DNA of 62,513 nt, filler included. It is 4 parts of 4 records of this genome, joined end to end, with 100 filler letters (N's around TTAATTAATTAA, not from the genome) between each part and the next. Parts side by side here need not be neighbours in the genome. Positions count along the whole stretch, not along the records: positions 1 to 22,620 come from SRR20825010_84; 3 more parts are not named here. One strand, written 5' to 3'. Of this stretch, positions 1 to 9,596 are shown in pieces. The translations under genes and the position numbers were made by a program. The notes beneath the pieces were generated by a model. It had not been told where the DNA came from, made no database searches, and saw nothing but the letters and a program-made list of their open reading frames with translations. How positions within the stretch are numbered: the first letter of the stretch is position 1; each line of letters starts with the position of its first letter.

Positions 1-501
1 AATAAAGGTGTTATCGAACAGCTTCTCCGCAACCAGGCCCGGCCATTGCCCATCGCCATAGCGAATGGCGAGGTCCGCCGTCACCCCATCCAGGGCCACG
101 GCTTCGTGTGAGGCGTGAATGCGCAGGTCAATGTCCGGATGGCTGTCCCGCAACATACACACCCAGGACAACAACCAGCGCACCGCCACAGCCGGCGTGG
201 TCGACAGGGTCACCGCCTGTCGCGACGGCACTGCCTTCAATCGCTCGATGGCATTGCCGATGTTGTCGAAGGCGGTTCCCAGCACTTCCTGTAAATCCCG
301 CCCCTTAGGCGTCAGCAACAGTTGCCGGGGTTTGCGAACGAACAGCTCCACCCCAAGCGCCTCTTCAAGCCCGCGAATCTGATGACTGATCGCCGTGGCG
401 GTCACCGAAAGTTCCTGGGCAGCCTGTTTGGCACTCTCATGGCGGGCGGCGGCCTCAAAGGCTCGCAGGGCGGACAGCGAAGGCAAGCGGCGGGGGTTCA
501 T
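1..501 (-). CDS. LysR-family transcriptional regulator (GcvA-like), 3' end truncated by the window edge
   Basis: Not in the ORF track. Manual translation from ATG at 501 gives MNPRRLPSLSALRAFEAAARHESAKQAAQELSVTATAISHQIRGLEEALGVELF, a typical LTTR HTH. Divergent from the azoreductase. Confidence 0.92.
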   Translation of the reverse strand, partial: MNPRRLPSLSALRAFEAAARHESAKQAAQELSVTATAISHQIRGLEEALGVELFVRKPRQLLLTPKGRDLQEVLGTAFDNIGNAIERLKAVPSRQAVTLSTTPAVAVRWLLSWVCMLRDSHPDIDLRIHASHEAVALDGVTADLAIRYGDGQWPGLVAEKLFDNTFI

Positions 502-503
502 GA

Positions 504-518
504 ATGAGATCACCTCAT
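504..518. promoter_or_regulatory. Putative LTTR recognition box
   Basis: ATGAG-ATCAC-CTCAT, an interrupted palindrome with T-N11-A, immediately upstream of the LysR start in the divergent intergenic region. Confidence 0.6.
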
Positions 519-622
519 CTATAGGCGAAAGAAATCATCGTTTGTGGCCCTCTAAGTATGACTTTAGGCTTAATTCACCGTCAACAACAGATGAATTTTC
601 CTACAACCGAATGGAGCTCCAC

Positions 623-1345
623 ATGACTCATATCCTGCAACTCGACGCCTCTGCCCGCCCTGGCCGCGCCGGCATCCACGAACACGGTTCCCACAGCCGC
701 AGCCTGACACACCGGTTTGTTTCCCGGTGGCAGGCCCAACGCCCTGGCGATACCGTGACCTACCGCGATATCGGCGGCACGCCCCCATCCTTCATTGATC
801 AGCAATGGATACAGGCGGCCTTTGCTCCGCCCGAAAAGCACGAGCCCTGGATGAACGACACACTGGCAGAAAGTGACCAACTGATCGATGAACTGGTCGC
901 CTCGGACATCCTGGTCATTGGTGCGCCACTCTATAATTTTGGTATGCCAGCGGCTCTGAAGGCATGGGTGGACCTGGTTGTTCGCATGGGCAGGACCGTG
1001 GAGTATGACCCATCCACCCCAGAAGCCCCCTTCACAGCACTGCTAGCAGACCGCCCCCGCCACGCGGTTATCCTGTCTTCCCGCGGCGGAGTTGGATTCG
1101 AGCCTGGAGGGGAGCTGGCACATATGAATCACCTTGAGCCAGGCCTGACCACGGTGCTTGAGTTTATCGGCATCACCAATGTACATAGCATTGCCATTGA
1201 AAATCAGGAGGAAGGCGGTGATGTGTTGGCGCAATCCGTTGCTGAGGCGGAACGGCGGGTGGATGAACTGGTGCTGGCGTTGCAGGAAACACTCACCAAG
1301 GCGACACCTGCGATGACGTCGTCATCACTGGTAGGCTCGGTGTAA
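623..1345 (+). CDS. azoR: FMN-dependent NADH-azoreductase (AzoR/AcpD family)
   Basis: ILQLDASAR N-terminus, VTYRDI, PLYNFGMPAALKAWVD and SSRGG motifs. GGAG precedes ATG 623. Confidence 0.88.
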   Translation: MTHILQLDASARPGRAGIHEHGSHSRSLTHRFVSRWQAQRPGDTVTYRDIGGTPPSFIDQQWIQAAFAPPEKHEPWMNDTLAESDQLIDELVASDILVIGAPLYNFGMPAALKAWVDLVVRMGRTVEYDPSTPEAPFTALLADRPRHAVILSSRGGVGFEPGGELAHMNHLEPGLTTVLEFIGITNVHSIAIENQEEGGDVLAQSVAEAERRVDELVLALQETLTKATPAMTSSSLVGSV

Positions 1346-1364
1346 TCGCCAACAAGGACATTGC

Positions 1365-1859
1365 ATGCTCTGCTTCAGCTATGGCTCCAACATGTCGCAA
1401 CGACGACTCCAGGCCCGGGTTCCATCAGCCCGATTCATAGCTGTCGCAGAGCTTACAGCCCATCGGCTCCGCTTTCACAAATCCGCCAGCGACGGCTCCG
1501 CCAAATGCGACGCGGAAGAGACCGGCAACCCGGAGGACTGGGTGACCGGCGTGGTTTACGAGATTGATGATTCAGAGAAACCAGACCTGGACCGACATGA
1601 AGCTCTGGGGTTTGGCTACGATGAGAAGCAGGTTGAGCTGAAAACCGAACAAGGCACCCTGCACGCCTGGATGTATTATGCCACCCGCATCAACAACTCA
1701 CTTAAACCCTTCCACTGGTACAAGGACCACGTGCTCATCGGCGCCCGGGAAAACGGCTTGCCGGCGGACTACATTGCGCAGATTGAAGCCGTGGAGTCCA
1801 TTGATGACCCCAAACCAGAGCGGCACGCCCGGGAGCTGTCGATTTACAGCAACACATAG
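1365..1859 (+). CDS. Gamma-glutamylcyclotransferase family protein
   Basis: FSYGSNM N-terminal motif, VTGVVYEI, LDRHE catalytic-Glu region. AAGGA RBS. Confidence 0.85.
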   Translation: MLCFSYGSNMSQRRLQARVPSARFIAVAELTAHRLRFHKSASDGSAKCDAEETGNPEDWVTGVVYEIDDSEKPDLDRHEALGFGYDEKQVELKTEQGTLHAWMYYATRINNSLKPFHWYKDHVLIGARENGLPADYIAQIEAVESIDDPKPERHARELSIYSNT

Positions 1860-1872
1860 GCTGCCGGCTTCC

Positions 1873-3156
1873 TTACACCCCCAACCGATCCCGCAACGCG
1901 TAATACCAAGCCCCTATTGCCGTCAAAGGTATCCGAAACGCCCGCCCACCCGGAAACGGGTAATGCGGCAGGCTGGCGAAGGCGTCGAAACGCTCGGCCT
2001 GGCCCTGGATGGCCATTGCCAACGCCTTGCCCGCAACATGGGTAAAGGTTACGCCATGGCCGGAGCAGCCCTGGGAATAAAACACGTTGTTCTGCAGCCG
2101 GCCCATTTGCGGCAGGCGTGACAGGGTGAGCAGGAAGTTGCCGGTCCAGGCGTAGTCGATCTTCACATCGGCCAGCTGCGGGAACGTTTTCAGCATGTTG
2201 GGGCGAATCAGCCGTTCGATGTTGGCCGGGTCTCGGGCGCCGTAGACCACACCACCGCCGTAGATCAGCCGCTTGTCGCCGGACAGGCGGAAGTAATCCA
2301 GCAGGTAGTTGCAGTCTTCCACGCAGTTGTCCTGCGGCAACAGGCGTTTAGCGACCTCATCGTCAAGCGGCTCGGTAGCGACGATCTGAGAGCCGCAGGG
2401 CATGGACTTGGCGCCCAGTTCCGGCACCAGTCCGCCGAGATAGGCATTGCCCGCCAGCACCACAAACGCTGCCCGCACTTCGCCTTGATCGCTTTTCACC
2501 GTGGCAGGTTGGCCATGAACAATGTCAGTAACGGCTGAATGTTCGTGGATCACGCCACCGAGAGATTCCAGAGCAGCCGCCTCGCCCAGGGCCAGGTTCA
2601 GGGGATGGATATGCCCCCCGGTGTGATCAATCGCACCGCCGACATAGCGCTCGGTGCCAACCCGGGCACGAATACCTTCCCGGTCCAGCAGTTCCAGATT
2701 CCCGTATCCGAACCGCCGCCAGAGTGCCTGTTGAGCCTCCAGATGGCCGAACTGCCGTGCGTTCAGGGCCGCGAAAACCCCGCCCTCTTTAAGGTCGCAC
2801 TGGATGCCGTAGTCCCGCACCCGTTGACGGATGATCTGGCTGCCCTCAAACGCCATGGACGCCAAGTGGGTCAGGTGATCCGCCGTGGTCTGGCGTTCGA
2901 TTGCGTCGAGGTCACGGCTGAAGCTGTTGACGATCTGCCCGCCATTGCGACCGGAGGCACCCCAGCCCACGGTAACGGCTTCGAGCACCACCACCCTGAA
3001 ACCGGCTTCGGCCAGGAACAATGCGGTCGACAACCCGGTGTAACCAGCACCGACCACGCACACATCAGCCTCGCAAACGCCCTGAAGCGCCGGCCGTGTA
3101 GGGGCCGGATTGGCCGATGCCGCGTAATAGGATGGAACCGGGGAATACTGGGTCAT
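1873..3156 (-). CDS. puuB: Gamma-glutamylputrescine oxidase (FAD-dependent)
   Basis: SYYAASAN, GAGYTG FAD motif, GASGRNGGQ, QGCSGHGV. Clustered with puuC and puuA. Confidence 0.88.
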   Translation of the reverse strand: MTQYSPVPSYYAASANPAPTRPALQGVCEADVCVVGAGYTGLSTALFLAEAGFRVVVLEAVTVGWGASGRNGGQIVNSFSRDLDAIERQTTADHLTHLASMAFEGSQIIRQRVRDYGIQCDLKEGGVFAALNARQFGHLEAQQALWRRFGYGNLELLDREGIRARVGTERYVGGAIDHTGGHIHPLNLALGEAAALESLGGVIHEHSAVTDIVHGQPATVKSDQGEVRAAFVVLAGNAYLGGLVPELGAKSMPCGSQIVATEPLDDEVAKRLLPQDNCVEDCNYLLDYFRLSGDKRLIYGGGVVYGARDPANIERLIRPNMLKTFPQLADVKIDYAWTGNFLLTLSRLPQMGRLQNNVFYSQGCSGHGVTFTHVAGKALAMAIQGQAERFDAFASLPHYPFPGGRAFRIPLTAIGAWYYALRDRLGV

Positions 3157-3350
3157 GGAGTTGTGCCAAATGGGTTATCAAAAAGGGTTCTTTGGCAGGC
3201 AATGAAAAGGGCAATCCTGTTGCCCGCCGAACTCAGTCTATGCCGGCTTTCAGCCCACGGGAAGACACGTTCTTGTACCTATATGGAAGGCCGTCGACGC
3301 GGCTCAAACACCTGCTATGATGACGCCATTCCTTTGCCTTCGAGGCCGCC

Positions 3351-4880
3351 ATGTCTGACCCTGTATCCACCAATGCCATTTCCGGAACACCCACTAGCCA
3401 GCCCGAGTGGCAGGCAATGGCCGACACCCTCGCCATAGAGGGCCGCGCCTATGTAAAGGGCAGTTATCGCTGGGCGGTAAACGGTGAAACCTTTCCGTCG
3501 ATCAGCCCGGTAAACGGCCGCGAACTGGCCCAGGTGGCCAGTTGCGACAAGGCCGATGCGGACAAAGCCGTAGCCATCGCCCGGAAAGTCTTTGAGCGCG
3601 GCGACTGGCGTGAGCTGGCCCCGGCCAAACGCAAAGCTGTGCTGATTCGCTTTGCGGACTTGATCGAAGCCCACGGCGACGAACTGGCCCTGCTGGATAC
3701 CCTGGATATGGGCAAACCCATCAGCCATGCCCGTACGGTGGACGTACCGGCCACCGCCCGCGCCATACGCTGGACCGCCGAAGCCATCGACAAGGTGTAT
3801 GGGGAACTCGCCCCCACGCCCCATAACCAGATCGGCATGATTTCCCGGGAGCCCATGGGTGTGGTGGCCGCCATCGTGCCCTGGAACTTCCCCATGATCA
3901 TGGCGGCCTGGAAAATCGCACCGGCACTGGCCACCGGAAATTCAGTGATCCTCAAACCCTCGGAGAAATCGCCGCTCACAGCCATTCGCCTGGCCGCACT
4001 GGCCACCGAAGCCGGCATACCCGACGGCGTGTTCAACGTACTCCCCGGTTTCGGCCATACCGTGGGTAAGGCCCTGGCCTTGCACATGGACGTGGACTGC
4101 CTGGTGTTCACCGGTTCCACCAACGTGGCCAAGCAACTGATGGTTTACGCCGGCCAGTCCAACATGAAACGGGTTTGGCTGGAGGCCGGCGGCAAGAGCC
4201 CCAACATCGTGTTTGCGGATGCCCCGGACCTAAAAAAAGCCGCCGCCGAAGCCGCCAGCGCCATTGCCTTCAACCAGGGCGAAGTCTGCACCGCCGGTAG
4301 CCGTTTGCTGGTGGCGGAAAGCATCCGCACCGAATTCGTTGGGCTGATCCGCGAGGCCCTGAAAACCTGGCGCCCCGGCCATCCGCTGGACCCAGCCACC
4401 ACCTGCGGCGCCATCGTCGACCAGGCTCAGCTTGATCGCATCATCGACTACATCGGCATTGGCCAGTCGGAAGGGGCAACCCTGGTGGAAGGCGGGCAAC
4501 GGGTGATGGAAGAGTCCGGCGGTCTGTTCGTGCAGCCCACGGTGTTCGATGGCGTGAACAACCGCATGCGCATTGCCTCGGAGGAAATCTTCGGCCCGGT
4601 GCTATCGGTGATCGGGTTCAACACCCCCGAAGAGGCCATAAAAATCGCCAACGAGTCCATCTATGGCCTGGCCGCGGCGGTGTGGACCTCCAACATCAAC
4701 ACCGCCCACAAAGTGGCCAAGGCACTGCGGGCCGGCAGCGTGTGGATCAACCACTACGACGGCGGCGACATGACCGCGCCCTTCGGCGGTTTCAAGCAGT
4801 CCGGCAACGGGCGCGACAAGTCTCTGCATGCATTCGACAAGTACACGGAACTGAAGGCCACCTGGCTGGTGCTGGACTAA
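3351..4880 (+). CDS. puuC: Aldehyde dehydrogenase (gamma-glutamyl-gamma-aminobutyraldehyde dehydrogenase)
   Basis: PWNFP, FTGST, SNMKRVWLEAGGKSPNIV, FNQGEVCTAG, EEIFGP, PFGGFKQSGNGRDKSLHA. Confidence 0.88.
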   Translation: MSDPVSTNAISGTPTSQPEWQAMADTLAIEGRAYVKGSYRWAVNGETFPSISPVNGRELAQVASCDKADADKAVAIARKVFERGDWRELAPAKRKAVLIRFADLIEAHGDELALLDTLDMGKPISHARTVDVPATARAIRWTAEAIDKVYGELAPTPHNQIGMISREPMGVVAAIVPWNFPMIMAAWKIAPALATGNSVILKPSEKSPLTAIRLAALATEAGIPDGVFNVLPGFGHTVGKALALHMDVDCLVFTGSTNVAKQLMVYAGQSNMKRVWLEAGGKSPNIVFADAPDLKKAAAEAASAIAFNQGEVCTAGSRLLVAESIRTEFVGLIREALKTWRPGHPLDPATTCGAIVDQAQLDRIIDYIGIGQSEGATLVEGGQRVMEESGGLFVQPTVFDGVNNRMRIASEEIFGPVLSVIGFNTPEEAIKIANESIYGLAAAVWTSNINTAHKVAKALRAGSVWINHYDGGDMTAPFGGFKQSGNGRDKSLHAFDKYTELKATWLVLD

Positions 4881-4891
4881 CCCACGCTACG

Positions 4892-4915
4892 AAAAACGGC
4901 GCCCATGGCGCCGTT
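4892..4915. terminator. Intrinsic terminator between convergent puuC and puuA
   Basis: AACGGCGCC-CAT-GGCGCCGTT stem with a T-run on the minus strand. Confidence 0.6.
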
Positions 4916-4935
4916 GCTCCAATTCCTGAAAACCA

Positions 4936-6300
4936 TTAAACCGTATGCAGGTACCAGAGATATTCGAGATCTGAGATGGTCATCTCGAACTCGTTCAGTT
5001 CGTGCTCCTTGCAGGCGACGAACACATCCAGAAATTCCCTTCCCAGATAGTCCGCCATCACCGGCGACTGACCGAGCTCCCGCAGCGCATCCCGCAGGTT
5101 ATTCACCAGACTGGCTTCGTGCTGTTCGTGGGCGTTGCCCACGGTCACCGGCGGTGGCTCGATGCGGTTGGAAATACCGTAGTGAATGCCCGCCAACACC
5201 GCCGCCATCAGCAGGTACGGGTTGGCATCAGCACCCGCAACGCGGTGCTCAATCCTCAGAGCATCGGGATCCCCACCCGGTAGGCGCAGGCTGGCCGTGC
5301 GGTTATCCACACCCCAGGTCGCCGCACTGGGCACGTAGTATTCCGGGCTGAACCGGCGGTAGGAGTTGATGTTCGGACAGAACAGCGCCATGGCGTCGTT
5401 CATGGTGGCCACCAGCCCACCAACGGCCCAGCGCAGCATGTCGTTGGGTTCCTCGGCGTCGCCGGCAAATACATTGCGCCCTTCCCCATCAATCAGGCTG
5501 ACGTGCAGGTGCATGCCGCTACCCGCCTGGTTGTGATACGGCTTGGCCATGAAGGTGGTGTCCATCTCATGGTCGTAGGCCATGTTCTTGATCAGGCGTT
5601 TGAGCAGGGTGGCGTGGTCGCAGGCCTGCACGGCGTCATCCACGTAATGCAGGTTCACCTCAAACTGGCCAGGGGCGGATTCCGCCACCAGGGCATCCGC
5701 CGGCAATTCCTGCTCATGGGCCGCATCAAGCACATCCGCCAGGAATTCCGCGTATTCATCCAGGTCGTCGATGGAATAGGCCTGGGTGCCCGCCGGGCGC
5801 TTGCCGGAAATGGGCGACTTGGGAGGCTGGGGTCGGCCGGCGAGGTTTTCCTGGTCGATCAGGTAGAACTCCAGCTCATAGGCCGCCACCGGCGTCAGGC
5901 CCAGTTCTTCAAACCGCTTGACGATGTTCTGCAGCACCACGCGCGGGTCCGCAAAAAAGGGCGTCTCACGATCCAGCTCATACATGGTCAGCAGCAGTTG
6001 GCCAGTGGGCCGCTTCTGCCAGGGTTCCATGGTGAGCGTACCGTCGATGGGCAGGCACACACGGTCCGCCTCGCCGATATCCAGGCCCAGACCGGTCTCT
6101 TCCACGGTAGTGCCCTGGATATTCAGGGCAAAGATGGACGCCGGCATCGCGATGCCCCGCTCAAACACCTTGGGCAGGGTTGAAGGGTCCACGCGTTTAC
6201 CGCGGACAATGCCGTTCATATCCGGGATCAGCAGGTCAATAAACTGCAGTTCGGGGTGTGCCTGAAGGAATGCGTCAGCGCTCGCAAAACCAGAACCCAT
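4936..6300 (-). CDS. puuA: Gamma-glutamylputrescine synthetase (glutamine synthetase family)
   Basis: DMNGIVRGKR, ELEFYL, ESAPGQFEVNL, TFMAKP, GSGMHLHVS, WGVDNRT, RIEHRVAGADANPYL. Confidence 0.88.
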   Translation of the reverse strand: MGSGFASADAFLQAHPELQFIDLLIPDMNGIVRGKRVDPSTLPKVFERGIAMPASIFALNIQGTTVEETGLGLDIGEADRVCLPIDGTLTMEPWQKRPTGQLLLTMYELDRETPFFADPRVVLQNIVKRFEELGLTPVAAYELEFYLIDQENLAGRPQPPKSPISGKRPAGTQAYSIDDLDEYAEFLADVLDAAHEQELPADALVAESAPGQFEVNLHYVDDAVQACDHATLLKRLIKNMAYDHEMDTTFMAKPYHNQAGSGMHLHVSLIDGEGRNVFAGDAEEPNDMLRWAVGGLVATMNDAMALFCPNINSYRRFSPEYYVPSAATWGVDNRTASLRLPGGDPDALRIEHRVAGADANPYLLMAAVLAGIHYGISNRIEPPPVTVGNAHEQHEASLVNNLRDALRELGQSPVMADYLGREFLDVFVACKEHELNEFEMTISDLEYLWYLHTV

Positions 6301-6420
6301 AAGGTCAGCCTTTCAAAACTCAAACAGGCCTGTGGCGAGGGGCCGGCACAGGAGATTTTCAAGGCTCCTTTATCCTGCTTTCCGGGGCAATTTGCAAGAT
6401 AGGGACATACCACAGCGCGC

Positions 6421-7485
6421 CTAGTCATCCTGATCCCGAATCTTGCCTTCGCGAATGTTCTCACGGGCTTCCTGGTGCTCGTCGCGGTCCGCTTCCGGAG
6501 CTTCGTGCTCATCCGCTCTTGAAGGGCGGAAGCACAGCGTGGTCAGTATCGGGAAGTGGTCGGAACCAAAGGGGGCGAGCCGTTCAATTCTGCCCAGCGT
6601 AAAATGCTCGGTGGTGAAGACGTGGTCCAGCGGCCAGCGCAGGTACCAGCGTTCGGCGTGAAAGCTGTTGAACATGCCCCGCCCCCGACGCGGGTCCAGC
6701 ATGCCGCTGACGCGGCAAAACAGCCGCGTGGTGCGGGACCAGGCCACATCGTTCAGGTCACCGGCGACAATGGCGGGGTAACCATCTTTATGAATCTGTT
6801 GGCCGATCAGTAACAGTTCAGCATCCCGCCACAGGGACTCCTCACTTTCACTGGGTGCCGGTGGGCGCGGATGCACGGCGTGCAGTTTCACACGATCACC
6901 CGAGGGTAACCTCAACCAGCCGTGGATCGAAGGGATATCGTCCTGAATCAGGTAGCTCACCTCGGCCTCTTCCAACGGCAGCCTCGAATACAGATGCATG
7001 CCATAGAGGTTGTCCAGCGGCACGCGGATAATGGTCGGCCAGTCACCAAAAGCCGCATCCAGCTGATCGCCCCACCACTGATCCGATTCCAGAGTCAGCA
7101 ACACATCTGGCCGGTGTTCCTGGACCTGGCGAATCAGACCCTCGCTGTTGCGGTTGGGCGTCAGTACGTTGGCAATCATCAATGTGACACAGCGGTCTTC
7201 CTGGCCGGACTCCGCTGATTGCACCTGCAGGGGCCATAAGCGTGTCCACGGCAAAATGCGATACAGCTGCAACGCAAGCACCACCACCAATATCGCAAGC
7301 ACCCACTTTTGCAGGCCATCGTTCTCCAGCCATAGCGCTGCGAACGCCACCAATACCGCCAGGCTGACAATCTGAACACGGGGGAACTCACAGGCACGGA
7401 TCCACCAGTCATGAAGGCGCACTTTGCCGAGGACGGTCACCGCGAGCAGGGCGATGGCCAATGTCAGCAGGGTATAGTCGATCAA
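6421..7485 (-). CDS. Membrane-anchored endonuclease/exonuclease/phosphatase family protein
   Basis: N-terminal TM helices, then ANVL, LTLE, GDLND, PLDHVF and GSDHFPI EEP motifs. Confidence 0.85.
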   Translation of the reverse strand: MIDYTLLTLAIALLAVTVLGKVRLHDWWIRACEFPRVQIVSLAVLVAFAALWLENDGLQKWVLAILVVVLALQLYRILPWTRLWPLQVQSAESGQEDRCVTLMIANVLTPNRNSEGLIRQVQEHRPDVLLTLESDQWWGDQLDAAFGDWPTIIRVPLDNLYGMHLYSRLPLEEAEVSYLIQDDIPSIHGWLRLPSGDRVKLHAVHPRPPAPSESEESLWRDAELLLIGQQIHKDGYPAIVAGDLNDVAWSRTTRLFCRVSGMLDPRRGRGMFNSFHAERWYLRWPLDHVFTTEHFTLGRIERLAPFGSDHFPILTTLCFRPSRADEHEAPEADRDEHQEARENIREGKIRDQDD

Positions 7486-7548
7486 ACAGGCCTCCGAGAC
7501 AGAGTCGTATATCTGTACCTACACCATAAACGATTGACACAACTTCTG

Positions 7549-7644
7549 CTGGACGACCTGATCATCGCCAGCTTTGTCTCTGGCCCGGGGCCGACTACAC
7601 TGCCAGTGACGGAGCGAGGAAAAACGAAAAAAGGAGTTAACCCT
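7549..7644 (+). pseudogene. Remnant of a polyamine ABC permease (PotI/PotC C-terminal part)
   Basis: Translates LDDLIIASFVSGPGPTTLP-x9-GVNP, matching the PotI segment as I recall it (LDDLVIASFVSGPGATTLP-x9-GVNP). No start and no upstream TM segments. Confidence 0.7.
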
Positions 7645-9596
7645 TGGATCTTGCCCAGGCTTCATTGCAATTCGATGCCGCTCTGGCAGACTTTGCCCGC
7701 GCCCGCAGCGCGTCACCACAAGCCTCCAGCCTGGGGCTGCTGGAGCGTGCGCGCCTTCTAATGACGCTGCCGGGAGGTTTCGATGTCCTGTACCGTCGGG
7801 TTCGCGCTCTGGAATCCGCCGGTATATTCGGCACCAGTGACTGGTCTAAACCTGCCACCCTGCAACCTGCCCTGGCCAAGCACTCACTGCGAGAAGCCGG
7901 TGCGGTTACCACCGTTGTCGAGGCGATCAGCGAAATACGGCTGCTGGCGGTGGTGCGCGGTGACTATTTTCACCCTGGCATTTCCTCCGAGCAGGCCCGG
8001 CATTTCCTCACCCAGGTGATGGCCCTGAACCTGGACCTGCTGTCTGGCACTCTCACCGAAGCCGACCGCGAACGGCCCAAGCAACTCGGCCCCTTGGTGC
8101 TGGGGCTTTACCAATACCTGATATCCCACCTTGGCTACGAGAACCTGCTGGACAGCCTGGTGGCTGAGGTGTGGCGGCTACTGGAACAAGGCCCTGTGCA
8201 GGTGGACAGCATCTGCGACATGATTGGCCAGATCGCCAAATGCCTGTACGACCCGGAACTGAAAACCACCGGCACGGCCGACGCCACCCGGCTGGTACGG
8301 GCCCTTTTCGCACCAACACCCGGCAGCCGCGAAGACCCCGGATTGGACGTTTACCAGCTACGCCTGACCCAGATGGACGACGTTGAACTGTCCGCGGAAG
8401 CCAGCGAGTTCGCCCGCAACATGCACGACACCGGGCTTGCGTCCCCTTATCATGCCGTGTTCTTACGTTTCCTTCGTACCAGCGACGAGGACGAACTTAT
8501 CCCCACGGCCCTGGGCCTGACAATGACCGGGCTGGATGACCTCTACTGCTACAACCAGCTTGTGGATGCCTTGATCGATGAAGCCATCCATCCGGAAACC
8601 TGTCAGGCGGTCTACGGGCTGACCATGATGTTGGAGCGGGGTTCGCTGTTCACCCCACCGGTCGCCCAGGCACTGTGGCGGCAGATCAAGCTTAAATTAT
8701 CGGCGGAAACCGAGCAGGCTCTGTCAGAAGCGTTCGGCGATGAGGTTCCACCAAGAGTGTTCCTGCTGGCCGGCGTGCTCAACCTTCTGGGCCAGCCACT
8801 GGGCGTGGGCCAGGGCAACAACCCCAGTTGCCAGTCTGCCATCGGATTGTCCATGTGGGCGGCCAACGAGGCTGATTACCTGCTGCAGGTACTCACCTGG
8901 GCAGCCCGCGACAACGAGGTACTGAGTCGGTTTGAAGGTTGGGAAGTGTCATCCAAGAACCTGGAGCCGGGCCTGGTCAAAGATACTCCGGTGGATGTGG
9001 ATCCGGTTTCACTGATCCTGATTCCCCATCTGGACCGGATATACGGTGAGATGTGGCGGCGCTGCGAAGACCGTAACGACGACGCCCACCGCTGGATCAA
9101 CCCGGAGTTCTATGGCTGGTGGGTCAGCCACGGCTTCAAGGTAGTGGCCGATATCCACACTGGGGAAGTCACCGACTACGACGATTTCATCCGGCACTTC
9201 TACGCCAGCTATCACCCCTACTACAACGGCAACATTCCGGTGATTCACCACCAGCCTGCCGGTATCGCCGTTACCGACAGCGCCGCCCGCTTCGTCGGCC
9301 GACATGCCATTACTATCCTGAGAGTGGCCCTGAGCCCCAGAAACGAAATGCGGGTGTACTTCTTCAACCCCAATAACGACAGCGGCCAGGACTGGGGCCA
9401 GGGCATCACCTGCTCAACCCGGGGAAACGGAGAGATTCGGGGTGAGGCGTCCCTGCCCGTGGCGGAATTCACGTCCCGCCTCTATGTGTTTCACTACGAC
9501 ACCCTGGAACTGGGCGACCTGACAGCCATACCCGAGGCCGAAGTGGCCCGGGTCATGGCGTTGGGGTATGGCAGTTGGGCGGCCAGCGACGATTAA
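7644..9596 (+). CDS. 650-aa hypothetical protein with a probable papain/calpain-like catalytic domain
   Basis: Long ORF, AAGGAG 7 nt before the TTG start. Motifs QGNNPSC, HAITILRV, VYFFNPN. Confidence 0.8.
   Translation: MDLAQASLQFDAALADFARARSASPQASSLGLLERARLLMTLPGGFDVLYRRVRALESAGIFGTSDWSKPATLQPALAKHSLREAGAVTTVVEAISEIRLLAVVRGDYFHPGISSEQARHFLTQVMALNLDLLSGTLTEADRERPKQLGPLVLGLYQYLISHLGYENLLDSLVAEVWRLLEQGPVQVDSICDMIGQIAKCLYDPELKTTGTADATRLVRALFAPTPGSREDPGLDVYQLRLTQMDDVELSAEASEFARNMHDTGLASPYHAVFLRFLRTSDEDELIPTALGLTMTGLDDLYCYNQLVDALIDEAIHPETCQAVYGLTMMLERGSLFTPPVAQALWRQIKLKLSAETEQALSEAFGDEVPPRVFLLAGVLNLLGQPLGVGQGNNPSCQSAIGLSMWAANEADYLLQVLTWAARDNEVLSRFEGWEVSSKNLEPGLVKDTPVDVDPVSLILIPHLDRIYGEMWRRCEDRNDDAHRWINPEFYGWWVSHGFKVVADIHTGEVTDYDDFIRHFYASYHPYYNGNIPVIHHQPAGIAVTDSAARFVGRHAITILRVALSPRNEMRVYFFNPNNDSGQDWGQGITCSTRGNGEIRGEASLPVAEFTSRLYVFHYDTLELGDLTAIPEAEVARVMALGYGSWAASDD

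Noticed and set aside
395-622. N-terminal extensions in the ORF track (azoR; similarly livG, livH, SDR 25466, amidohydrolase 37267)
   Set aside because: They overlap divergent genes or regulatory DNA. Downstream ATGs, mostly with a clear RBS, fit the family N-termini better.
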